The position numbers were made by a program, and so were the translations under genes. Source: a virus (Duplodnaviria; Caudoviricetes). Taken from it: a stretch of 50,743 bases of DNA. The stretch's first letter is position 1; each line of letters begins with the position of its first letter. Of the stretch, positions 8,858 through 17,598 are shown piece by piece. A model generated the notes under the pieces. It worked only from the letters and a program-made list of their open reading frames with translations. It was not told where the DNA came from and ran no database searches. The stretch covers positions 1 through 50,743 of the IMG/VR virus record IMGVR_UViG_3300025308_000004. The stretch is one strand, 5' to 3'.

Positions 8858-9250
8858 ATGAGAATGAAGATGGCTACTTACAAAACACCGAAAGAGGCGC
8901 TGGAGGCTTGTCTGGAGATATGGGAATGCATAGTGAACAATCCTGACATTATGGACAAGGAAGAAGCCTACAAGGAATTAGGGATTCCGGTTGACAGGGA
9001 TCTGTACCACTGCCCGGCTTGCGAGTATACAAGGGAGGGCGGGCGCCGGAATTGTGACAATTGCCCTATCTGGGCGGAGGATGTAACTGGCTATGGAATT
9101 CCTTGCGAGAGAGGCCACAGCCCTTACTACGCATGGGTGTATCCAAGTGGGGCGTGGACGAAAGATGAGGCCGCTGCGGGTATGGTGGAGCTGATTCGAC
9201 TGAGACTGAAAGAACTTACGATAAAGGGCCATGAAGATGGCTATCGATAA
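8858..9250 (+). CDS. Cys-rich hypothetical protein
   Basis: CPACEY and CDNCPIW motifs. Confidence 0.65.
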   Translation: MRMKMATYKTPKEALEACLEIWECIVNNPDIMDKEEAYKELGIPVDRDLYHCPACEYTREGGRRNCDNCPIWAEDVTGYGIPCERGHSPYYAWVYPSGAWTKDEAAAGMVELIRLRLKELTIKGHEDGYR

Positions 9251-9491
9251 AAGTTTAGTGAAGCGACTGGTGACTCAGTGCGGCGCGGATGAAGTTGGCG
9301 CTCCAGACAGATGCGTGACGGTAACGCTGAGCGGGCACTATGTTTTCGCGCCTGACGATTTGCAATCATTCGCCAACGCCATCGCAGCGCACCAGCGGGA
9401 GCAGAGCGCAAGTGTATTTACAGGTGAGCCGTCCAAGATGTGGATGGATCGGGATGTTGCTGAAGCGATACTTAAAGGTGGATGGAAATGA
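9231..9491 (+). CDS. Hypothetical protein
   Basis: ORF in operon. Confidence 0.55.
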   Translation: MKMAIDKSLVKRLVTQCGADEVGAPDRCVTVTLSGHYVFAPDDLQSFANAIAAHQREQSASVFTGEPSKMWMDRDVAEAILKGGWK

Positions 9492-10372
9492 ATGACTGCA
9501 ACCAATGCCCGCAGGATGCGAAGTGCGAATCCTGCTCGCTGATTGTGAACGTTGAAGGGCCGGTACCGGGGCGCTACAGGACTGCGCAGGAAAAGTTTGA
9601 GGCGTGGTACGTTGAAGAAGTGTCCGGCTGCAACGGCGAGTGGGTAGCAAAGGATGAAACGACAGCGAAATATATGGAGCGCGAGACTAGAGGTGCTTAT
9701 GATGCATGGCAAGCCTGCGCCGAGCGGAAAGACAAGGAGATTGCGGAACTGCGCGAGAAGCTGGTGAAACAGCAGGCCATAACACAGCAGATCATTTCCA
9801 CAATCACTGGAGCTTCGCCTATGGTCACAGCAAAACTTCAAGAACTTGCGCAGCAAGACGGCACAAAAGAACTCGAATCAATCAGAGCGGCGGAGCGGCA
9901 AGCTGGCCGAGACGAGGTGAAGGCTGAACGATTGAATGCCCTAGAAGAATATCATCGCGGCTATATGCTTGGCGAGAAGAATGGCAAGCAAGCCGGACGC
10001 GCAGAGCTTGAGCAGGAGGTCGCAGAACTCAAAGCCGAGATAGAGCGCCTGCGAGACTGCCTGCTTTCCGAGCGTAACATTATCGGACAACACGCTGAAA
10101 TTATTGACAGGCTGCAAGCGCACAATGCGATGCTGGTGGAGTTCGCTTCGCAAATGGCGCGACAGAAAATAGACAAATATTTTGCGCAACTTGCCGAGCA
10201 AGCACTAAACGCCACCTCCAAATCCATCCAGCAATGGCTCGACAAGCGCGATGCGGAGGTGAGGATGAATACGCTACTGGAAGCGGGCGAGGGATGGTGT
10301 ACGCTCAACAATCACTCTGCGCACACAATCAGGGCAGCGCTACGCCGCATGGCTGAAGAGGTGAAACGATGA
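9488..10372 (+). CDS. Coiled-coil hypothetical protein (mosaic early-region type)
   Basis: ATGA overlaps at both ends; heptad-rich. Confidence 0.7.
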   Translation: MNDCNQCPQDAKCESCSLIVNVEGPVPGRYRTAQEKFEAWYVEEVSGCNGEWVAKDETTAKYMERETRGAYDAWQACAERKDKEIAELREKLVKQQAITQQIISTITGASPMVTAKLQELAQQDGTKELESIRAAERQAGRDEVKAERLNALEEYHRGYMLGEKNGKQAGRAELEQEVAELKAEIERLRDCLLSERNIIGQHAEIIDRLQAHNAMLVEFASQMARQKIDKYFAQLAEQALNATSKSIQQWLDKRDAEVRMNTLLEAGEGWCTLNNHSAHTIRAALRRMAEEVKR

Positions 10373-10575
10373 CCAGAATGTGCAAAAACATAACCTGCCC
10401 GTCGCACAAAGAGTGCTACAGATTCAACCGAGAGCCGCATCCGTTAAGACAGGATTACGTAGCTTTCGCGCCAGCAGACGGAGAGATAGCCTGTGACATG
10501 TTCTTGCGTTTCGAGTTACAGCAGGCGATACAAGACACACAAGGTAACGTACTCAAGCCCAAGCCGAACTTATAG
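10369..10575 (+). CDS. Small Cys-rich protein
   Basis: MC....CP....CYRF...C pattern; last gene of the rightward arm. Confidence 0.6.
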   Translation: MTRMCKNITCPSHKECYRFNREPHPLRQDYVAFAPADGEIACDMFLRFELQQAIQDTQGNVLKPKPNL

Positions 10576-11016
10576 CACGAGCGTGCCGACATATCGCAGC
10601 CGTTCAGCCTCGCGGCGCAGGGTGAGTCCGCGCAGGACCCGTCCTCCGGATTTGTTCCACAGTAGGAATGAGTCCGCTGCGCCGGGGTAATCGAGGCGGG
10701 ATGTCTTGCGGCTGACGCTGGAGGCTGCGAACGCGCCGATGCCGATGTTGTAGGACAGCGAGGTGCAGCCGATCAGTCTGCCAGGTGGTTCTCGGTGCAG
10801 TTGCGGGCAGCGCTTGAGCGTGGCCAGCATGAACTGCCCTACCCTTGCGCGCAGGATGCGATCGGCCTGTTCCTGCGTCCACACGTCGCCCTCCTTTACG
10901 CCGCGCGTCTCTCCCCAGCCGATGGTCCAGATTCCGGCCGGGCACTTGTAGGCGGTGAGGCGGCAGCCCTCGAACCGTTTTACCAGCTCGATGATCTGCT
11001 CCAGCGTCTCGATCAC
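10570..11016 (-). CDS. Endolysin, T4-like/GH24 lysozyme
   Basis: FEGCRLTAYKCPAGIWTIGWGET, YNIG and GLTLRREAE motifs. Confidence 0.92.
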   Translation of the reverse strand: MIETLEQIIELVKRFEGCRLTAYKCPAGIWTIGWGETRGVKEGDVWTQEQADRILRARVGQFMLATLKRCPQLHREPPGRLIGCTSLSYNIGIGAFAASSVSRKTSRLDYPGAADSFLLWNKSGGRVLRGLTLRREAERLRYVGTLVL

Positions 11017-11489
11017 GATGCGCGCTTGTCGAACACGCGACCGACGAACCAGAACGCCAGAATACCGGCGAGGATGTCGCGGTCACTGGCGTCGTAGATT
11101 TTCAGGATCGCTTCCCATCCGCTGATGTCGGACTGGAGTGCCAACACAAACATAGCAACTTTGGCCAACCCGTACAGAATCAGGAAATAATAGGTCGTCA
11201 GGGGCCGCACCAAGAAATTTAATGCATCCACGGCCTTGATGCCGGTCTTCTGCATTTGCCCTTCCAGCGCCGACTTCTGCGCATCGAGCAGCTTCAGGAC
11301 CTGATCGATATCACCCTGCGTGGTGATCTCATCCATGCGCGCCGCGGCGCGGGTCTTTTCGAGTTGGAATTGCTTTTCGAGCATCGCCAACTCGTGTGCG
11401 TTGTCTGTCTTTTTGTTCCATAACCCGATCAGCTCTGGCAGCGAGCGCATGATTCCGCCGCCGAGCAGCGATAATAAAGTGGTCAGCAT
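11013..11489 (-). CDS. Membrane protein, holin candidate
   Basis: N-terminal hydrophobic helix, HELAML, VRP..TY, FWFVGR; immediately upstream of the endolysin. Confidence 0.6.
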   Translation of the reverse strand: MLTTLLSLLGGGIMRSLPELIGLWNKKTDNAHELAMLEKQFQLEKTRAAARMDEITTQGDIDQVLKLLDAQKSALEGQMQKTGIKAVDALNFLVRPLTTYYFLILYGLAKVAMFVLALQSDISGWEAILKIYDASDRDILAGILAFWFVGRVFDKRAS

Positions 11490-11578
11490 GATTTTCTCCT
11501 ATCAAAAATAACCCACCCGGCGACGCCGGGCAGTAACAGCAGCGGCGCGTGATGCAAAGTATGGTTAGAGTTGAGTCA

Positions 11579-11830
11579 TTAGTGTGCCTTTACCCACGCC
11601 CACAGGGCTACTACGCTTACAGCGATAGGGGTCAACCATATGATGAAAGTTCGGAATCCCTTTGCCGCTTTGAATATCTCCACTAGCTCTGCGGTGTTCT
11701 TTGCAGTTTCAGTGGACACCCTAACATTTTCTGCCAGCGCGCGCTCAAATTTAGAGTGCTCCTTTAGGTGCGTGTTCACGACCTTCTCCACAGAATCAAT
11801 GCGCTCATGCGCTCTACGATCTTCCATCAC
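11579..11830 (-). CDS. Small coiled-coil protein with C-terminal TM (holin/antiholin candidate)
   Basis: Lysis-region position, single TM. Confidence 0.55.
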   Translation of the reverse strand: MMEDRRAHERIDSVEKVVNTHLKEHSKFERALAENVRVSTETAKNTAELVEIFKAAKGFRTFIIWLTPIAVSVVALWAWVKAH

Positions 11831-12540
11831 AGCACCCTAATAACGTAAAAACCAGGGACATAATCAAGCCACGACTTGATCGCATATTTTCCGCCAATCA
11901 TATTTAACACATCCCGAATAGTCCATAGACATTTGCAGGGTATTGTGCCTCTAGGTTCTCCAACCAGACTATTGAGCATTCCAACCATATCAGCAGTTGC
12001 CGGAACACCTGTGTCTATGGCGATATGTGAGCCGCGAATTGCAAACGTGAGTGTAGATGTCTCAAACATTCCTGAACGCCTGCGGAAAGACCACACAGTA
12101 GAGTTTATGCAGACACATACGGACGGGACTGGAGCGCCAAACAATCCTTTTACCAAGTCAGGAATAGTATATGGCCGCTTAAGTAGAAGCGTTACGTTGC
12201 TCTGTGATATAGGGCTGTTTGGAATGTTGTATTTCCTTCGCACAAGGAACAGCAACCACACGACGAACATCAGCGCGAGTGGAACGGATAGATCAATGCG
12301 AGTGTCGCTGTACGACCACACCATAAACTTTGCTAAATCAGCCCATGCGCTAATAGCCCATAACACTAGCGCAGACCTTATTGATAAAGATGATGATCTG
12401 CACAAAAGGCTAACACCTGATACTAGCAATGCCGTGGTTAGGCACGACATACCTATCAGGAAAGTCCACTGGTCAGATACGAATGGAAGTGCCGCCCATT
12501 GAATCGCATAAAGCGAAAGAGCGGCCCATATCAGGTTCAT
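11827..12540 (-). CDS. Multi-TM membrane protein with soluble C-terminal domain
   Basis: About four hydrophobic segments; GAGG RBS. Confidence 0.65.
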   Translation of the reverse strand: MNLIWAALSLYAIQWAALPFVSDQWTFLIGMSCLTTALLVSGVSLLCRSSSLSIRSALVLWAISAWADLAKFMVWSYSDTRIDLSVPLALMFVVWLLFLVRRKYNIPNSPISQSNVTLLLKRPYTIPDLVKGLFGAPVPSVCVCINSTVWSFRRRSGMFETSTLTFAIRGSHIAIDTGVPATADMVGMLNSLVGEPRGTIPCKCLWTIRDVLNMIGGKYAIKSWLDYVPGFYVIRVL

Positions 12541-12619
12541 TTACCTCGCCTCTTTGGAGTGTCGTTATCACGATACGGATTTCGGCTCGGCTTGTTACCT
12601 TTTGGGAGTGGAGATATTT

Positions 12620-13714
12620 TCATTTTACGTTCCTTTCAATAAATTCAACGCTGTTCAAAAATCCATCGACTATTTCAGGCATAGCGAGTCCGCATCCAGC
12701 CCAATACGCCAATCCGTCCTGGTCTGGCTCACGGCCCAGAATGTCCCGATACAAACTCTCTACTGTAGTGTGAGTGTTCAAAAACTCCGCACTCATCGCT
12801 ATGTTTCGGCGCAGCTCAAGAACGGTCATTCCGGCGATCATGCACATCCGCCAGTAGTCCAGCCCGGACGGGTCTGGTTCGCGGTGCAGCATCTCGCGAT
12901 AGGCTTGCGTCACGGGGTCAAACACCAGGTTCTCGCCGACCGTCTCGTAACCGGCGAAGCCCTTGACTACCCACAGGTCTATCACGTTGTTCATCGCTAC
13001 ACGTGCTGGGCAGCGGAAGTATCCACGGTCACACCACTCCACGCCCCAGCTATTCTCGATGATGAGGTCGTCGCCGTCGTAGCCTACGATCAGCATCTCA
13101 TGCCCGCCTATTGATGGATTTGTGATGGGATGCACGAAGCTGTAAGTTTCATCCGGCTTGAGCGTGATAAGCCGCTGGCCGACAAACATGCCGATCAGCA
13201 CAGGGTAGCCCTGCGCGATGGCGTACTTGATTTGCCCGATAGGGTTCATGTCGCGGAACGTGCGCGGCTCTGTGACCATGATGCGGGCATACTCGCCCAG
13301 CTTCTTCAAGCTCGCTTCCATGTACGCGGAATCATCTGGCTTGGTGTTCCACAAGGCCGGAACGTAGGGCCATGTTGATTCAAAACATAGCCCTTGATTT
13401 CGCGCGGAACGTAACGACTCGCGGGCGATTGAACCGATGTCGTCAGTGGCGAACTGTCCGCCGATGTTGTGGCGGCTGTTGTAGTAGTTGAACAGTCTGG
13501 ACAGGTCGCCCGGTACGCCGTTGGCTTGCAGGAACATCTCGCAGGCGGACACCGTGGCGTTGGCCGTGCATGAGCCGATGTTCAGTTGGTTCTCGATTGT
13601 GCCGGCGTACTCGCGCAGATCGCGGCGAGGCGGAACGGTTGCGGTAGCGTCCCACTCGAAGACGTGATCGCGGGGGTCGAGTGGGTCTGGGGCGAGTGTC
13701 GTGGTGTAGTTCAT
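12620..13714 (-). CDS. Papain-like (C1) cysteine peptidase with C-terminal DUF4214-like repeats
   Basis: NQLNIGSCTANA (Gln/Cys), GGHEMLIVGY (His), ENSWG (Asn); repeats YREMLHREPDPSGLDYW and YRDILGREPDQDGLAYW. Confidence 0.85.
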   Translation of the reverse strand: MNYTTTLAPDPLDPRDHVFEWDATATVPPRRDLREYAGTIENQLNIGSCTANATVSACEMFLQANGVPGDLSRLFNYYNSRHNIGGQFATDDIGSIARESLRSARNQGLCFESTWPYVPALWNTKPDDSAYMEASLKKLGEYARIMVTEPRTFRDMNPIGQIKYAIAQGYPVLIGMFVGQRLITLKPDETYSFVHPITNPSIGGHEMLIVGYDGDDLIIENSWGVEWCDRGYFRCPARVAMNNVIDLWVVKGFAGYETVGENLVFDPVTQAYREMLHREPDPSGLDYWRMCMIAGMTVLELRRNIAMSAEFLNTHTTVESLYRDILGREPDQDGLAYWAGCGLAMPEIVDGFLNSVEFIERNVK

Positions 13715-14091
13715 GGCAGCGCCCATAGCCTTGAAATCTCCAGCCCCGATAGCGTCATCGCCTCTTTGATTTCGGCCAGAGTTACTTCTACCCGTGAGTT
13801 GTCGGCAAGTGTCCACGGTGTCGATGCGATGTTACTTTCCGTTCCCACCACATAAGCAGAAGTCATATTCTGCAACGCTGCCAAATTTCCATCGAACACC
13901 TTTCCGGTTGAGGTGGTCACGGTGATGGCATCGACTGCTGCGGCTCTGGCTTGCTTCGCGGCTTTGCGAGTAGCTGCAGCCTCCCTCTCCGGGGCTCCTG
14001 CTAAGTACGCCGCCTCGCGTGCGTCCCACTCCGCCTCTTCTTCCGGTGTGAATGGGATATTGCCTTCTGCTGTTGCGCGGTATCGTGTCAT
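13711..14091 (-). CDS. Tail-fibre-associated protein (DUF4376-like)
   Basis: Follows the tail fibre; ITVTTSTGKVFDG and WTLADN motifs. Confidence 0.7.
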   Translation of the reverse strand: MTRYRATAEGNIPFTPEEEAEWDAREAAYLAGAPEREAAATRKAAKQARAAAVDAITVTTSTGKVFDGNLAALQNMTSAYVVGTESNIASTPWTLADNSRVEVTLAEIKEAMTLSGLEISRLWALP

Positions 14092-14094
14092 GGT

Positions 14095-16236
14095 CTATGC
14101 CTTTGCTATGCCGTAGAGTTTGAAAGTGCCTGTTATATTTCCGGTGCTTGCTAGGAATCTTACTCCGCTTAACACGCCCGTGTTGGCGAAAACCCCGGGT
14201 CCATTTATGTTACTGAACGCCCCGCCTGAGAACCCATAAAAGAATCCAATCTTTTCATTCGTAGTCGAATTAACAGAGAACACTTGCAGACGAATTGCAC
14301 ATGCTCCGGACGCGCTTGTTGCGAGCGTATTGTCAACAACGATAGCCGCAACATTGTTTCCGTTTGTACCTGAATAGGTATTCGCTGACGTTGATTGGTG
14401 CGCCATGTGATAAAAATAGGCACTTGTCTGGTACGTTCCGCCAACTTTATAAAGACATTGCAGCGTGGCAGCACCAGATGCGAATATGTCTGTACCGATA
14501 ATCAGGTAGTCGTCATACGTCGCCCCAAACCCCGTCTCTACATCCACCGTTGCTGCCGCGCTGGCGGTCACGGTGGACAGGTAGATTAGCGCACCAGACG
14601 ATCCTGCGACTACCGGAGTCCCGTCCGCCTTCCTCGGATGCACTGTAAAGACGGTCGTACTCTTCGCCCGAATCTCTACGTTATCGCCAATTGTTGCGGT
14701 GTAATTCGCATTACCGTCTACCTCGAATACCGCACCGTCGGTGAACACGTGCGCCGCGTTCATGTACAGCCAAATACTCGCACCGGCCTGAGGCGCTGCC
14801 GCCATGTCTGTAAATGTCACCGCACCGCCCGTCAGCGTGACGTAGTTGCCGCCCAGCCAAGGGTTCATCGTCGTGGCGTGCGCGGCCACCGAGGCGTTGG
14901 CTTCGATGATGGATTTGCCGGACATGGTTTGCGTGCCGGAAAGCGTGTTGTCCGCATTCCGCCGCGCCAGTTGCGAGGTCGTCGCGTCATCGTCCACCGT
15001 CAGCGTCTTGGGAGTCGTGCCAGCCGTGCCAGTCCATCCAACAGCCTGCGCCGTGAGTCCAAGCCCGTCCGTTCCGTCCGTTCCCGCCGCACCTGTCGCA
15101 CCTGTCGCGCCACGTGCACCAACCCTACCAGCAATCGTCCAGTCTGCCTTTGCAGATGCCGTTCCGATCACGGTCGGAGTGAAGGTCAGCGTTGTTCCAA
15201 CGTAACTCGTCACCGGGCCGTACATGGTGACGGTCGGATCGCTGTCAGATACCATCTCGACATACGTTCCAGCGTCAAAGCTCTTCCCAGCCTGAGTAGT
15301 TACGATCTTTTCGGCCAAAGATGGGGTGAGGTTAGTAGTCGAGGTTCCAGTTAGCGCCGTTGCAGCAGCCAATGCCACGGCTTCGCTTGCTGCCGCGTTG
15401 CTCTCAGACGTTGCGGCGTTACCGGCGGAGGTTGCTGCATTGCCTGCCTGCGCGGTAGCTGTTGCTGCATCTGTACCGGTCGAAACTACGTCTGCCGCCG
15501 TTGCAATAACATCTAGCGCGGTCTGGGCAGCATCCGCAGCAGTTGCAATTACGTCTAATCCAGTTTGCACACGATCTGCCGCAGTCGCCACTGCGTCTAG
15601 TCCGGTCTGCACAACATCAGCAGCAGTAGAAACTACATCCGCAGCGGTCGAAATTACGTCAAGTCCGGTCTGTACCCGGTCGGCAGCGGTCGCCACGGCA
15701 TCCGCAGCGACATTCGCAGCCACTGTTTGATAAGCCACGCCAACTTCTAGGATAGACCAGTTGGAAACCGTCTGCGCCGGGGTATTGACAAGGGCGCGAA
15801 CAGCAGTCCCTACTGCTACACCATTTAGCGGGCCTGCCGTTGCGGCAACATCAATAATCCACAAATCGCCAGTTAATATCGCACCAGCTACACCCGAACC
15901 CCCGCCGGTCGGATATGTATTTACCGATGCGTCGAAATTTCCTTTGTCCGCCCAGATAAACACATTCGGAGCATTCACATTATCAACCGGCCATCCGGTA
16001 ACTTGGGTATCGTCAGATTGCAGAACGTTTACTTTGATGTACCCAGTAACCCAGATATTTGCCTCGCCTTTTGAGTCGAGAATAATCGGGTTAGTGTTGG
16101 CAACATTGCCAGTGCTTGTCGTGAATGTGCTTACCGGGGTAGTTGTTCCGGCGACGTAGGTGTAAACCTTCCCTCCGTCAGCAGGAGTGCCGTCGTTGTT
16201 CCAGAATCGATGCCTGAATTGAACTAATGATGCCAT
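14095..16236 (-). CDS. Tail fibre/tailspike-like protein
   Basis: N-terminal GGKVYTYVAGTTTP...NTNPIILDSKGEA anchor domain, heptad repeats (VATAADRVQTGLD), short collagen-like GxxGxx stretch. Confidence 0.8.
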   Translation of the reverse strand: MASLVQFRHRFWNNDGTPADGGKVYTYVAGTTTPVSTFTTSTGNVANTNPIILDSKGEANIWVTGYIKVNVLQSDDTQVTGWPVDNVNAPNVFIWADKGNFDASVNTYPTGGGSGVAGAILTGDLWIIDVAATAGPLNGVAVGTAVRALVNTPAQTVSNWSILEVGVAYQTVAANVAADAVATAADRVQTGLDVISTAADVVSTAADVVQTGLDAVATAADRVQTGLDVIATAADAAQTALDVIATAADVVSTGTDAATATAQAGNAATSAGNAATSESNAAASEAVALAAATALTGTSTTNLTPSLAEKIVTTQAGKSFDAGTYVEMVSDSDPTVTMYGPVTSYVGTTLTFTPTVIGTASAKADWTIAGRVGARGATGATGAAGTDGTDGLGLTAQAVGWTGTAGTTPKTLTVDDDATTSQLARRNADNTLSGTQTMSGKSIIEANASVAAHATTMNPWLGGNYVTLTGGAVTFTDMAAAPQAGASIWLYMNAAHVFTDGAVFEVDGNANYTATIGDNVEIRAKSTTVFTVHPRKADGTPVVAGSSGALIYLSTVTASAAATVDVETGFGATYDDYLIIGTDIFASGAATLQCLYKVGGTYQTSAYFYHMAHQSTSANTYSGTNGNNVAAIVVDNTLATSASGACAIRLQVFSVNSTTNEKIGFFYGFSGGAFSNINGPGVFANTGVLSGVRFLASTGNITGTFKLYGIAKA

Positions 16237-16292
16237 GCTGTTCTCACTTTCTTTATCGCTAATAAGTTTAGCAGGTTATGCGTATTCTTTCA

Positions 16293-17042
16293 TTATGTTG
16301 CATCTTCAATCCAGCCAAACCATGAACCGACTACGGTTGTTGCTTTGTCTGTAACGAATGACATTGCTACGGTTGAACCTTCGTCAAAAACAAGCGGTGG
16401 ACTAAAAGTAAGTCCGCCAGAACCATCTTGAAACCCAGCAGCACCTATGGGAAAAAATATACTGTCCGCCGTGTAATCGTGTCCGTCAAAGTGGCAACTT
16501 GCCATATAAATCTTTGTACCTGCTGCTGCCGCGCCACTGATTGACCCAGCATACATACTAGTAACCATCAGCCGCTTACCGGCTGGAACCATGCGCACAC
16601 TAGACGAGCAGCGCACACCCCCCGCTACAATCTGCGAGTAAACTTGCCCTCCGTTCGATGCTGTTATTATTCCCGCCGCAGCTTTTCCTGATCCGTAAGT
16701 CCGCATGTGCATGCATTCAACGAATCGGATGTTTGTCGCCACAGAAAGAACAGGGGTCAGTCCATTTGTCGTAATTGTCTCAATTTGCCGAGCAAGGTTT
16801 GCGTCGAGATAGTGTAGGTCAAACGTGCGAATTCCTGTTCCGGCAGCAGCGTCATTTGCGGATGTGCTGACTACGGATATTTGTATTCCGGCCGCTGGCG
16901 GAAGCGCATATACCCCATCCGGCCAAAGAATGTTTGTTTCTGCTCCTACCGTAACTCGTTCTCCATATGCTCCATACGGCTCTGCGCCGGTAATGTGCCC
17001 ACGCGCAACAGCAAGTTCATAATCACCAGGTACAAAACTCAT
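16293..17042 (-). CDS. Putative virion structural protein
   Basis: Beta-rich, SVVSTSANDAAAGTG motif, tail region, ATGA overlap. Confidence 0.6.
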   Translation of the reverse strand: MSFVPGDYELAVARGHITGAEPYGAYGERVTVGAETNILWPDGVYALPPAAGIQISVVSTSANDAAAGTGIRTFDLHYLDANLARQIETITTNGLTPVLSVATNIRFVECMHMRTYGSGKAAAGIITASNGGQVYSQIVAGGVRCSSSVRMVPAGKRLMVTSMYAGSISGAAAAGTKIYMASCHFDGHDYTADSIFFPIGAAGFQDGSGGLTFSPPLVFDEGSTVAMSFVTDKATTVVGSWFGWIEDAT

Positions 17043-17464
17043 ACGATTCCCCAAGTTGTAGATGTCAAGCATTTGAAGGTGATCGACTCTCCCCTGCTTG
17101 TCATGGTCAAAGATGTTTCAGTCGCGCTAGTTATTGCTGGGAATGTATCCGCCCCAGCGCAAGCAACAATACAAGTTCCGGCCGTGGAAAATATCACAGT
17201 CCAGATTTTCCCAATCCGTTCGGTCGAGGCAGCAGGAAGAGTTATCGTTAACCCGTCGGTACCTACTACAACAGTTCCGTGAGTGTCATCTAATGCGGTA
17301 CTGACAGAAACGCTCGTTACGGTGTGTTCTCTATCGAATTCAGAGATGACTACATTCGCACCAGCGCGCAGATTCTCGAACCATTTAAGCCACTGCCACG
17401 GCGCAACCGCACTCCCGTTTGATACGGGATAGTTTTCGCCTTTGGGAGATGGTGAGATTAGCAT
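17039..17464 (-). CDS. Putative virion (tail needle-like) protein
   Basis: N-terminal PWQWLKWF motif, beta-rich C-terminus, synteny. Confidence 0.55.
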   Translation of the reverse strand: MLISPSPKGENYPVSNGSAVAPWQWLKWFENLRAGANVVISEFDREHTVTSVSVSTALDDTHGTVVVGTDGLTITLPAASTERIGKIWTVIFSTAGTCIVACAGADTFPAITSATETSLTMTSRGESITFKCLTSTTWGIV

Positions 17465-17598
17465 TATCTTTTCTTGAGCAAAAATTCACTTACCGACGAT
17501 GGCAAAGTGCGCTTAATAATTATCAATAGCATCTTGTAACTAGCAAGAAATACTGCCATCACAATAGGCTTTAATACCATAGAGATTAAGGCTGTCAT
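17464..17598 (-). CDS. Small membrane protein (44 aa), not in the ORF track
   Basis: MTALISMVLKPIVMAVFLASY...; overlaps the flanking stop and start codons. Confidence 0.5.
   Translation of the reverse strand: MTALISMVLKPIVMAVFLASYKMLLIIIKRTLPSSVSEFLLKKR

Noticed and set aside
15480-15720. Repeats in the tail fibre gene as a diversity element
   Set aside because: Degenerate at DNA level; ordinary heptad protein repeats
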